From Thermoplasmata archaeon (GTDB taxonomy: Archaea > Thermoplasmatota > E2 > DHVEG-1): a stretch of 63,144 nucleotides of DNA. The position numbers were made by a program, and so were the translations under genes. The notes beneath the pieces were generated by a model, which saw nothing but the letters and a program-made list of their open reading frames with translations, was not told the DNA's origin and did no database searches. The stretch covers positions 1 to 63,144 of the forward strand of contig DQIQ01000004.1 of NCBI GenBank assembly GCA_003942085.1. The letters are read 5' to 3'. This document shows, piece after piece, positions 17,649 to 26,959 of this stretch. Every line of letters begins with the position of its first letter. Positions within the stretch are counted from its first letter, which is position 1.

Positions 17649-18941
17649 TCACAGCAACGCACGCATGTTCCATGAAACACCAATTCCATGCACAGGGACA
17701 TTATGGTCACCATCATCATCAGTCCAGGATATCGTCCCATCAATTGTGCAATACCCGATCTTCATCCCCAGATACGAGGGGAACTTCCATATTTTGTTGG
17801 TGGCATGGGTAATGGAGATATCTCCACTTAGCGATGTTTTCGTCCCATACAAAAGGGATTGACTGATCACATACAGCGGATTGATGCTAGGGTCTGCCTT
17901 GAGGCTGAACGCAGCCGGAAGTTTCACCAGCGGGAACACTTTTTCATCCTTCGCCGTGATTTTCAGATTCACGTCCTTAAGCTCGGTAAGACTTACTCCG
18001 CGATCGGTCGTAATCAAAAGAGTGCCGAACGGATCCAGTTTTGATAACGCCTGGGAGATTGCTTGGGGACTGGGAAGATAGTTTGCCGCGTAGATGTTCC
18101 AACCATTATCCAGGCTTAGAGAGAACCAGTCCCAGCCGCCTATCGATAATCTCCGGATCGCATTTGGAGTCCAGGAATGTTCATGAGACCCTGATCCCTT
18201 CACCGTGTAGGTTTGTCCATCGATGATGACTGTTCCAGAGACATCACAGCCGAGCAGCACATAGTTCGCAACCTCACTGTCGGATTTATCCACTACTCGT
18301 GAACCGAGAGCCCACACCGGCAGCGACCGGGCTGTATAATCCAGATCGATCACAATCTGTTGTGCGGCATCGACATCAGCACCTTCAGCATGCACATGCC
18401 AGCGTGGATAGGTTCCTTCCGCCCAGGAGTTCTCAAACTCGACCTTCACCCCAGGAGTACCAGCAATGAGAGTTCCTTCCTTAAGGAGCCCCAGATAATG
18501 CTCCTTGTTGACCATCCCGCCATAGGTTTCACTGTTATTTCCCAGGAGGCTGACGACAAGCAGGTCGGGTTTATTGGTCCCGAGCAGATCACCTCGAGCC
18601 ATATGATTAAAGCTCACGGCGACCGCCCAGTCCTTCAGCTGACTGGTGCTGTCATTAAAAACCGCGTTGAAATACCACCATTCCCGGGAGATACGCAACT
18701 CGTCGAAATGCACTCCTTCATCCTGCGCTGAGACATCGCGACGGTATGCTGGGATAAGAGACGTCGGTGGAGTCGGAAGTTTCACCGGTGGCAGAATGGT
18801 GGTTGTATTGTCACCAGAATCTTGTGGAGTCTGACCATCAGATGGCAGGAACGAACTGATATAATCTGCCTTGTAGAAAAAAAGCGTAGAAATTACGATG
18901 AGTGCTACGATGATGATCGTATCAATCTTTCTGAATTTCAT
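17649..18941 (-). CDS. membrane-anchored CrtC/AttH-like (lipocalin-fold) protein
   Basis: N-terminal TM (IIIVALIVISTLFF). Blocks REWWYFNAVF, GSGSHEHSWTP and WDWFSLSLDNGWNIY resemble the hydroxyneurosporene synthase/AttH family. The ATG at 18941 is preferred. Confidence 0.5.
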   Translation of the reverse strand: MKFRKIDTIIIVALIVISTLFFYKADYISSFLPSDGQTPQDSGDNTTTILPPVKLPTPPTSLIPAYRRDVSAQDEGVHFDELRISREWWYFNAVFNDSTSQLKDWAVAVSFNHMARGDLLGTNKPDLLVVSLLGNNSETYGGMVNKEHYLGLLKEGTLIAGTPGVKVEFENSWAEGTYPRWHVHAEGADVDAAQQIVIDLDYTARSLPVWALGSRVVDKSDSEVANYVLLGCDVSGTVIIDGQTYTVKGSGSHEHSWTPNAIRRLSIGGWDWFSLSLDNGWNIYAANYLPSPQAISQALSKLDPFGTLLITTDRGVSLTELKDVNLKITAKDEKVFPLVKLPAAFSLKADPSINPLYVISQSLLYGTKTSLSGDISITHATNKIWKFPSYLGMKIGYCTIDGTISWTDDDGDHNVPVHGIGVSWNMRALL

Positions 18942-19085
18942 TCTCCACCAAACGATATCGTTATACAGTGCTTCTGACAGGAGGATATTAATAGTTTCTT
19001 GTACAAGCGGTACCCTTTTGGCACGCGCGCATATTTTTATTAATACAGTGAACAATTACCCTCAACCACGTGCGGAGGCAGCGGT

Positions 19086-19601
19086 ATGATAGAAAAACGC
19101 GATATTGAGAACTGTTTTTCAGAGCTTTCCTGGATACAAAACAAAGACCTCAGAAAAAAGGTCGTAGACGTATGGAAAATCGCTGCTGATCGCGGAGGAT
19201 GGAAGCAGCTTCAGGAAATCCCGTTTACTCTTCTTTTTGAGAACTCAGGGCCTCTTGTCGACCATACGAAAAGGATAACAAAACTAGCATGGACCGTGGT
19301 CAATGCAAGGGATGAGCCTCTCAATAAGGATCATTTGATCGCTGGTGCATTGCTTCATGATGTCGGCAAACTTCTTGAATATGAGATGAAAGCCGGAAAA
19401 ATCGTCAAAAGCAGCTTTGGGGAAAAAACACGCCATCCTGCTGCTGGTGCTCAGCTTGCCGAGGAATATAAGCTTCCTAAGGAAGTCGTCCATATCATCG
19501 CTGCACATAGTCATGAGGGAGACACAATGAATCGGTCACCTGAGGCAATCATTGTTCATCATTGTGATTTTATAGACTTTGAAATCAAAAAAAGGAAGTG
19601 A
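19086..19601 (+). CDS. HD-domain metal-dependent phosphohydrolase
   Basis: 171 aa with H..HD motif GALLHDVGK and a downstream HSHEGD. Confidence 0.7.
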   Translation: MIEKRDIENCFSELSWIQNKDLRKKVVDVWKIAADRGGWKQLQEIPFTLLFENSGPLVDHTKRITKLAWTVVNARDEPLNKDHLIAGALLHDVGKLLEYEMKAGKIVKSSFGEKTRHPAAGAQLAEEYKLPKEVVHIIAAHSHEGDTMNRSPEAIIVHHCDFIDFEIKKRK

Positions 19602-19605
19602 CACA

Positions 19606-21102
19606 ATGAAGGTGAAGAACGCTGCAGGCAGAACAGTTGAAACAACGATTGCGGGTACCACCTTCAAACCATTTACAGGAGCACGGAAGTACGGGTTTGC
19701 TTCAAAACTAACCACCCTGGAAAAAGCGCTGAAGGACTGCCGGTTGAAAAACGGCATGACGGTTTCTTTTCATCATCAGCTCCGTAACGGGGATTTTGTG
19801 GTGAACCAGACGCTTGCTGCAATCAAAGAGCTGGGGGTAAAAGATATTCGCCTTGCACAAACCGCGTTATTCACGGTCCATCAGCCAGTCATTGAATATA
19901 TCAAAGAAGGGATCGTCACCAGAATCGAAGGAAGTCTGAATGACACGGTCGGGGATTTTGTCTCGAAACATCCACTGAAAAGCCCGGTCATCCTGCGGTC
20001 GCATGGAGGTCGGTGGGCAGCAGTAAAAACCGGGGAGCTGCACGTTGATATCGCAGTCATCGCTGCATCAGTTGCAGATGAACGTGGAAACTGCACGGGT
20101 CTTGTTGGAAACAGCGCATTTGGTCCTATTTCGTATTCACAGGTCGATGCGATGCACGCGGACCATGTGATCGTCGTTACGGATAACGTCGTGGAGTACC
20201 CCTGCAAGCCACAAGAAATCACGGAGCGATACGTGGATTATGTCGCACAAATTGACCAGATTGGTGACCCAAAACAGATCGTCTCAGGATCCTTGAAGAT
20301 CACCGATGACTCTGAGAAACTCAATATTGCTCGACAATGTGTTGACCTGATGGATGCGGTTGGACTGATAAAAGACGGTATGGTGTTTCAATCGGGTTCT
20401 GGCGGTATATCGCTTGCCGCAGTCAAGTACCTCGGGGAGCGGCTTGAAGAGAAAAACGTCGTTGCTGCCTGTGCGACCGGGGGGTTAACAAAATTCATTA
20501 TTGATATTTACAAGGCTGGTCGTGTCAAAAAAATGTATTACTCGCAGGTGTTTGACACCGAATCGATACAGTTCATCCAAAATGACCCAAGCATGCCTGC
20601 TGACATCGGGCATTATGCAGACCCGACATCAAAGGGACGGACCGCAGACAGCCTTGATGCCGTGGTCCTCGGGGCAACCGAGGTTGATGTCCGCTACAAC
20701 GTCAACGTCAACACGCATAGCGACGGACGTCTGTTGCATGGTATTGGCGGTCATCAGGACACCGCAGCTGGTGCTGACCTTACGATTATCACTACTCCAA
20801 TCTTTAGGAAAACAAACCCGATCATCCGGGAGAATGTCACTACCATCACGACACCTGGATCCGTTATTGATGCGGTGGTGACGAACCGAGGGATCGCGAT
20901 AAACCCGATACGAAAAGACTTTCTTAAGAAGATAAAAGGCACGATTGACACGGTTCCGATAGAGGAGCTAAAACGTATGGCGTACGATGCCACCGGTACA
21001 CCACAGGAACCGCATCTCGGCGACGAGATCATCGGGATCATCAAATGGTTCGATGGAACGGTTTTAGACATGGTGCGGGTGGTCAAAGAGGAGAGCCCAT
21101 GA
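19606..21102 (+). CDS. citF: citrate lyase alpha subunit-like CoA/ACP transferase (CitF family)
   Basis: SFHHQLRNGDFVVN and the GSGGIS block are typical of CitF. GGAAGTGA precedes the ATG at 19606. Confidence 0.7.
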   Translation: MKVKNAAGRTVETTIAGTTFKPFTGARKYGFASKLTTLEKALKDCRLKNGMTVSFHHQLRNGDFVVNQTLAAIKELGVKDIRLAQTALFTVHQPVIEYIKEGIVTRIEGSLNDTVGDFVSKHPLKSPVILRSHGGRWAAVKTGELHVDIAVIAASVADERGNCTGLVGNSAFGPISYSQVDAMHADHVIVVTDNVVEYPCKPQEITERYVDYVAQIDQIGDPKQIVSGSLKITDDSEKLNIARQCVDLMDAVGLIKDGMVFQSGSGGISLAAVKYLGERLEEKNVVAACATGGLTKFIIDIYKAGRVKKMYYSQVFDTESIQFIQNDPSMPADIGHYADPTSKGRTADSLDAVVLGATEVDVRYNVNVNTHSDGRLLHGIGGHQDTAAGADLTIITTPIFRKTNPIIRENVTTITTPGSVIDAVVTNRGIAINPIRKDFLKKIKGTIDTVPIEELKRMAYDATGTPQEPHLGDEIIGIIKWFDGTVLDMVRVVKEESP

Positions 21103-21869
21103 AGTGGAAAACCTCGATTTCTAAGATAGAACCGAATCATATTATGACCAAAGGGTACCGACAGGAGGATCTCATTGGGAACGTCCCCTTTCCTCATGTG
21201 GTGTACCTCTTGTTGAAAGGAACGCTCCCGACACAGGAGCAAGGGAATATGGTTGATGCAATCCTTACCTCATGTATCGATCATGGCCTCACGCCACCGT
21301 CATCTATCGCATCCCGGACCGTCGCATCTGGCGGAGTCCCTTTACCTACTGCGGTCGCTGCAGGGATTCTCTCGATCGGGGATGCCCATGGTGGCGCGAT
21401 AGAAAAAGGGGCAAAAATCCTCCAAGAAGGCGTTCTTCAGATGAAAAAAGAAGGAAAATCTGCGGATTTGATAGCAGCAGCCCTGGTGAAGGAAAGCAAT
21501 GAGCAGAAGAAGCGGATCCCCGGGTTTGGTCATCGAATCCATACTGCGGACCCTCGGACAAAAAGGTTATTTGAACTGGCTGAAGAGCTCAAAATAGCAA
21601 AGGACCATGTTGCCCTTTGCCAGGCCATTGAAACCGCACTTGAGAAATCCCAGGGAAAAAAACTTCCGATTAATGTGGATGGCGCGATCGCCGCGATCAT
21701 CTCTGACATGGGCTTTGACTGGCGTTTAGGCAAAGCATTCTTTTTGCTTGGCAGGGTCGCAGGGCTCACCGCACAGGTTTACGAAGAACAGACCCAGGAA
21801 AAACCGATGCGTGAGATGTTTACGATTGATTATGATTATGTCGGCCCGGGGGAAAAAAACCTCCCCTAA
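21099..21869 (+). CDS. citryl-CoA lyase-like protein (short citrate-synthase family)
   Basis: ~256 aa with DHGLTPPS, GDAHGGA and GFGHRIHTADPR, the citrate synthase active-site blocks without the large N-terminal domain. ATGA overlap with the citF stop. Confidence 0.65.
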   Translation: MKWKTSISKIEPNHIMTKGYRQEDLIGNVPFPHVVYLLLKGTLPTQEQGNMVDAILTSCIDHGLTPPSSIASRTVASGGVPLPTAVAAGILSIGDAHGGAIEKGAKILQEGVLQMKKEGKSADLIAAALVKESNEQKKRIPGFGHRIHTADPRTKRLFELAEELKIAKDHVALCQAIETALEKSQGKKLPINVDGAIAAIISDMGFDWRLGKAFFLLGRVAGLTAQVYEEQTQEKPMREMFTIDYDYVGPGEKNLP

Positions 21870-21985
21870 CTTCGCCTCTTAACGATCAATTACTCATTTC
21901 CTTCCTTCTGCGAAACGTAATCTTCCCCTCGGAGGCAACAAAACAAAAACGTTTATAACTCTAATCGGTTTGCCGTATCAATACA

Positions 21986-23305
21986 ATGAAGATACTATTG
22001 GTGTTTCCAAGAATCGAGCATGGAGCCTCAACATATTCAGATAAAGGTTCGTGGGCATCCCTACTGCTCGGCTATGCGGTCATCACGTTACCTCATATTG
22101 CAGGGATTACTCCTCGCCAGCATTCGGTGACCATCGTAGATGAGAACTACGAGGACATAGATTTTTCTGCAGACGCAGACTTGATAGGAATCACTTGCTA
22201 CACGATGACGGCTCCCCGTGTGTATGAGATAGCTGATGAGTTCAGACGACGGGGTAAAAAGGTGGTCCTGGGTGGATATCATCCCACGGCGATGCCAGAA
22301 GAAGCAACCCAGCACGCAGACAGTATCTTGCGTGGTGAGGTCGAATTGACCTGGCCTCAGATGCTACAGGACGCTGAACAAGGGAAGATGAAAACGATTT
22401 ATGAGGCAAACCCTGATTTTGACATGGCCCTGATTCCACCGATCCGCCGAGACCTCATTCGACATAACCCTTTCATCGGAGCGGTGCAGACTTCTCGGGG
22501 ATGCCCGAACCGCTGTGAGTTCTGCGCAATAACCAGTTTCTGTCAACATGGCGTGAAGCACCGACCGATCAAGAATGTCATAGAGGAAATGAAACAAATC
22601 CCAAACTCAGTGTTCATCATTCATGATCCAAGCCTCACCATCAACCCTCCATATTCCCGAGAGTTATTTCAAGAGATGATCAAGCACAAAATAAAGAAAG
22701 GATGGATCGCGAATGGGAATGCCAATGTGCTGGGGAAAATCGACGATGAGTTCCTCTGTCTCGCCAGGAAATCCGGATGCGTCGAATGGTTCGTCGGGTT
22801 TGAATCCATAAGCCAAGCGTCTTTGAACGGCATTAAAAAAACCGTAAACAAGGTTGAGGATTTCAAACGCATGATTAAACGTGTTCATGACCATGGGATG
22901 ACCGTTCAAGGTGGCATAATCTTTGGATTTGATCAAGACACCCCAGATATTTTTGAGACCACTTTGGAAAAGGTCAAAGAATGGGGACTTGACTGCTTAG
23001 AGGTAAACATTCTCACTCCGTACCCCGGTACCCCCTTGTTTGACCGTTTGGAAAAAGAAGGAAGGATTCTGACGAAAGACTGGTCACGCTACAATCAAGT
23101 AGACGTCGTGTATCAACCCAAACAAATGACTCCACAGGAGCTCATAGAAGGCTCCCGGATGGTCGCAAAGCAGTATTATACCATGACAAACGTGATGTTC
23201 CGGGCGCTAAAGATCCTTGCAATCACACGGAAGCGTGCTGGATTGGTCCCCGCGGGAACGAACTACACATTCCGAAGATACTACAAACGAGATTTCCATA
23301 TCTAG
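21986..23305 (+). CDS. B12-binding-domain radical SAM protein (class B)
   Basis: N-terminal cobalamin-binding-like Rossmann region (KILLVFP...IGITCYT...VVLGGYHPT). CxxxCxxC motif in TSRGCPNRCEFCAI. Confidence 0.8.
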   Translation: MKILLVFPRIEHGASTYSDKGSWASLLLGYAVITLPHIAGITPRQHSVTIVDENYEDIDFSADADLIGITCYTMTAPRVYEIADEFRRRGKKVVLGGYHPTAMPEEATQHADSILRGEVELTWPQMLQDAEQGKMKTIYEANPDFDMALIPPIRRDLIRHNPFIGAVQTSRGCPNRCEFCAITSFCQHGVKHRPIKNVIEEMKQIPNSVFIIHDPSLTINPPYSRELFQEMIKHKIKKGWIANGNANVLGKIDDEFLCLARKSGCVEWFVGFESISQASLNGIKKTVNKVEDFKRMIKRVHDHGMTVQGGIIFGFDQDTPDIFETTLEKVKEWGLDCLEVNILTPYPGTPLFDRLEKEGRILTKDWSRYNQVDVVYQPKQMTPQELIEGSRMVAKQYYTMTNVMFRALKILAITRKRAGLVPAGTNYTFRRYYKRDFHI

Positions 23306-23325
23306 CTTATAGACAAAATAGATCA

Positions 23326-24645
23326 TCAGGCGCTGTTCACAATCAATTTGAATTTCCCTGTTTTCTCATCGAGGGGAAGATCGTTGACGACTTTCACGCT
23401 GTACGTCACATTGGTGAATTTTTTCTCCGCGAGGATTCGATCGAGTTCTTGTCGTATGCGCTGCTCTACCAGTACGTGGTCTCCGTTGATAACCGCTCGA
23501 AATTCAAATGATGTTTTGTCTTTTATCGCGAATTGGAGTTTCTCTAGTCCGCTGACATAAAATTCTGCAATCACGATAGGATGGATAAAGTCCATGACTC
23601 CCTCGCGGTTCTGTAACCAGATCATGGATTCCGATCGTCCGATGATATTATCGACGAAGGTGAAAGGCAGGATCTTCCGCTGGTCTTTTTTCAGGTTGAA
23701 CATATCATTGATTTTGTAGCGAATCAAAGGCTGGGTATAGTTAAAGAGGTTTGTTATGAGGGCATACTCGTCCTTGAATTCTATCAGACATAAATCATCC
23801 ATGAGGTACATACCATCGTATTCCCGTTTTCCTGTTCCAAGGACCGGGCATTCCGCAAGACCGTAGTTATTGGTCATGGGCGCGTGAAACGCTTCTTCAA
23901 TGCCCTCCTGGTCTTTAGGGATAATCCCTTCACCGCAATTCACCACGATTCGAGGATGGATCTGTAGATTACCTTGTTTTTGTTGTTTAGCAAGGATTGT
24001 TAATCCAGTGAAATATCCGCCGAGGATGTCCGGCTGGAAGATATTTAGCCTCTTGACATGGTCCTGCAACGGTTTTGTGATATCAAGGATCAGAGGATCG
24101 CAAAAAAATCCGATGACGCCGCGTCGACACCAGGCGGTGAAACTCACCCCTGTAAAATGACCGGTGGTTGCACCATAAAACACAGATTTGCTTTTATGGA
24201 ACCCTAAATCAGACACCCGTATGATATAGGGGAAAAACCGGTCCCAGTCATTGCCCGCGTAGACAAACATCCCTATTTTTCCGGATGACCCTGAGGTATG
24301 CAGCACATGATATTTTCCGAGATACAGATCATTTGGGTCTCTGTTTTCCTGGATGAACTTCTGAACGCCTTTTTTTGTCACATCACGTTGGGTCATCACC
24401 TCATCAAAGTGCTCCATGAGAATGTCTTTATCAACGATCGGGAGGTCTTCGATGTCGACGGTCTTTATTGACTCTGAAGTAATACCAGCCGACGTATACA
24501 AATCATGATAAAAACGCGAATGTTGGAACGCGTGCTGAAGTAATGCACGGAATTTTTTTTGCTGGAGGCGAAGAATATTCTCACGGGATTTCTTTTCGTT
24601 TCTGCGCATCGCAAGATAACTTCGTACTAGGGTAAACGTGCTCAT
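23326..24645 (-). CDS. PaaK/coenzyme F390 synthetase-like adenylate-forming ligase (paralog 1, divergent)
   Basis: 439 aa with P-loop-like AMP motif HTSGSSGKIGMFVY and the ANL-superfamily layout. Confidence 0.65.
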   Translation of the reverse strand: MSTFTLVRSYLAMRRNEKKSRENILRLQQKKFRALLQHAFQHSRFYHDLYTSAGITSESIKTVDIEDLPIVDKDILMEHFDEVMTQRDVTKKGVQKFIQENRDPNDLYLGKYHVLHTSGSSGKIGMFVYAGNDWDRFFPYIIRVSDLGFHKSKSVFYGATTGHFTGVSFTAWCRRGVIGFFCDPLILDITKPLQDHVKRLNIFQPDILGGYFTGLTILAKQQKQGNLQIHPRIVVNCGEGIIPKDQEGIEEAFHAPMTNNYGLAECPVLGTGKREYDGMYLMDDLCLIEFKDEYALITNLFNYTQPLIRYKINDMFNLKKDQRKILPFTFVDNIIGRSESMIWLQNREGVMDFIHPIVIAEFYVSGLEKLQFAIKDKTSFEFRAVINGDHVLVEQRIRQELDRILAEKKFTNVTYSVKVVNDLPLDEKTGKFKLIVNSA

Positions 24646-24875
24646 ACGACCCGACTTTCCATTGCCAGAATGAAATAACCGAGGTTTTTTTTATACCTTT
24701 TGCCTTCAATATTGATTGGACCTTTGTTGTATATGATTTAGGAGCGTCCTCGCATACGGCGCAAACAGCTGGCTGCCATAAAATTATCTAAGGAAAGAAT
24801 GAGGCACTACATGAAAAAAGCATAAATGTTTATAACCAGAAAATGATTTCTGCCAGTGACAGGAGTACAACAGCA

Positions 24876-26270
24876 ATGAATCCATTTTTCGACCCGGTGT
24901 TTTACCTCCGTCTTGCGAAAAGTTATCTTTCAGATATCAACCGAGTCTGGCATACTGATCTGCAGCAGCTGAAAAAATATCAAGACCAGGCGTTTCGTCA
25001 GATGGTACGGTACGCGTATACGGTCCCTCTGTATCATCAAAAATACAAGGCCAACAATATTCATCCCAGTGATATCAAAGGGACGAGCGATGCTTTGAAG
25101 CTGCCCTGTATCACCAAAGACGACCTTAAAACACATTATCCTGTCGGGATTATTCCAAAAGGATATGATACGTCCAAAGGGTTTCAAGTGAGCACCTCCG
25201 GGTCGACCGGAAAACCAGTACGCATCTATTTCGATGTTTTCAGTGCGATAAAAGGTTTGGAAGGGTTTGTCAGGGAACTGCGTACCTATGGAGGGAACTG
25301 GCAGCGTTCACGGGTAATGCTCATCATTGAAAACCATCCGGGTAGCTTTGAGCATGCACTCTTCTCCGGAAGCGTGCTACCGTTCCTGAATCATTTCATC
25401 TCTCTGAAGAACATCCGCTACATTCACATTAGTGAAAAACCAGAAACTATTATGAAGCAGATAAACGAGTTTCAACCGGAGTTCCTCGGTTCTGATCCGA
25501 ATATGTTACGACAGCTTGCATTTTTAAAGGAACATGGAGAAGCACCTGATCTTCACCCCACCACGCTACTTTCTGGTGCCGCAATGCTTGATAGTTACAC
25601 CAGGCGATATGTTGAACAAGCATTCGGTGCAACCTTGTATGATACCTACGGGGCGACCGAAGCAGGACCGATCGCGTTCGAATGTATCGACAAGGGTATG
25701 TACCATGTTCATTCAGATTTTGTGTTCCTTGAGTGTCTCGATGATGATAATACCCCGGTTGCTCCAGGAGAAATCGGACGTGCGGTGGTAAGCCGCCTCT
25801 ATGGTGGAGGGACGCCGATTATCAGATACACCGGAATTGAGGACCTGGTCACCCCTGCTGAGGCAAAGTCGTCATGTGGGATTACCACGGAGATGATTCA
25901 ACACATTGGAGGAAGGTCAACCGACCTCTTCATTTTGCCAAACGGTTCCTTTATGTCACCGCTCATCGTCACAGGCATTCCGGCTGAGACCATGGAGCAT
26001 TTCCATTCGTATAAGATACAACAGTTCCAAATCGTTCAGCAAAGCAAAAATGAAATCGAGGTTTTCGTCGTCATTGACAGCCACCTCAGGAATGTCGGTG
26101 TCCCAATAAATGAACTTTTCTCGGAGATGAAAAAACGGTTTACCCAGGCTATTGGTCTAGGGGTCGAAATCAAGATTACTGAGACCGATGAAATCCAGCC
26201 TGGCGTCGCATCAGATCATGTCAAGGTAGCGATTTCAAAAGTGCACGATCCGGCCAAAAAATTACATTAA
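24876..26270 (+). CDS. PaaK/coenzyme F390 synthetase-like adenylate-forming ligase (paralog 2)
   Basis: VPLYHQKY, STSGSTGKPVRIYFD and YDTYGATE motifs. Clear paralog of 35909-37312. The ATG at 24876 (MNPFF) is preferred. Confidence 0.7.
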   Translation: MNPFFDPVFYLRLAKSYLSDINRVWHTDLQQLKKYQDQAFRQMVRYAYTVPLYHQKYKANNIHPSDIKGTSDALKLPCITKDDLKTHYPVGIIPKGYDTSKGFQVSTSGSTGKPVRIYFDVFSAIKGLEGFVRELRTYGGNWQRSRVMLIIENHPGSFEHALFSGSVLPFLNHFISLKNIRYIHISEKPETIMKQINEFQPEFLGSDPNMLRQLAFLKEHGEAPDLHPTTLLSGAAMLDSYTRRYVEQAFGATLYDTYGATEAGPIAFECIDKGMYHVHSDFVFLECLDDDNTPVAPGEIGRAVVSRLYGGGTPIIRYTGIEDLVTPAEAKSSCGITTEMIQHIGGRSTDLFILPNGSFMSPLIVTGIPAETMEHFHSYKIQQFQIVQQSKNEIEVFVVIDSHLRNVGVPINELFSEMKKRFTQAIGLGVEIKITETDEIQPGVASDHVKVAISKVHDPAKKLH

Positions 26271-26926
26271 TCCAAAGGTTTTTTTATAAGAAAAAAGGAA
26301 GTGATAGAGCCAAGCGTTTCTGATCGGACCTGATCTTTTATTTCAAAATATCGGGAAAGGTCAATCCGATCATCGAGAATTTTGCCCTGGGCATCCGTGA
26401 TGATCCGGACGATGACCCGAGTGTTTGGGCGCACATGGGTTGCGAGATGGGCAATCATCTCCGATTGTCTTTTTACTCCATATAAGACGACAATCACGTC
26501 AAACCCGTCAAAGGGGTAGGAAAACCCGTCCGCACATTCAATTTCCAGGTGATGACCCAGTGAGAACTGTTGGATGTATTCCTTGGAGGCACGGATTGCT
26601 TCTGGGTCTTTGTCGATAGCGACTACAGAAGCATTTGTTTTTTGTGCAAAAAGAACCGCGGTGGAAGGAAGTGATCCACTCCCGATAATAAGGATCCGAT
26701 CGTGTATTGATATCGAAGCCATCCTGATTTCTTCAGAGACGATTTCTTTGTACATATCAAGATACAGTTCTGAGAATATCTGCAGCTTGCTGCCTATTTT
26801 CTCCACGATGATAAACAAACGGTCCATGAGTTGTTTAAACGCGTTCGTTGGAAAGCTATTGGCAATTCGCCTGAAAAGTATAGACTGCATCAGAAGGAAG
26901 AATCGTTCCATCACATGTTTTGCCAT
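26267..26926 (-). CDS. class I SAM-dependent enzyme, nicotianamine-synthase-like signature
   Basis: 219 aa. RILIIGSGSLPSTAVLFA followed by VVAIDKDPEA. The GxGxxPxT form of motif I resembles NAS/CntL-type aminocarboxypropyl transferases rather than the usual GxGxG. Confidence 0.4.
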   Translation of the reverse strand: MAKHVMERFFLLMQSILFRRIANSFPTNAFKQLMDRLFIIVEKIGSKLQIFSELYLDMYKEIVSEEIRMASISIHDRILIIGSGSLPSTAVLFAQKTNASVVAIDKDPEAIRASKEYIQQFSLGHHLEIECADGFSYPFDGFDVIVVLYGVKRQSEMIAHLATHVRPNTRVIVRIITDAQGKILDDRIDLSRYFEIKDQVRSETLGSITSFFLIKKPLD

Positions 26927-26959
26927 ACTGTCTCTGTGAGCTCCATCGTTGTTGTCTCT

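Noticed and set aside
20754-21242. 162-aa antisense ORF across the citF/CCL junction. Comparable antisense ORFs lie at 12692-13150, 16804-17169, 46396-46815, 60208-60690 and 62517-62978.
   Set aside because: Each lies opposite a gene with clear conserved motifs and shows no domain signatures or plausible promoter or start context. These are typical antisense open frames in well-conserved coding DNA.
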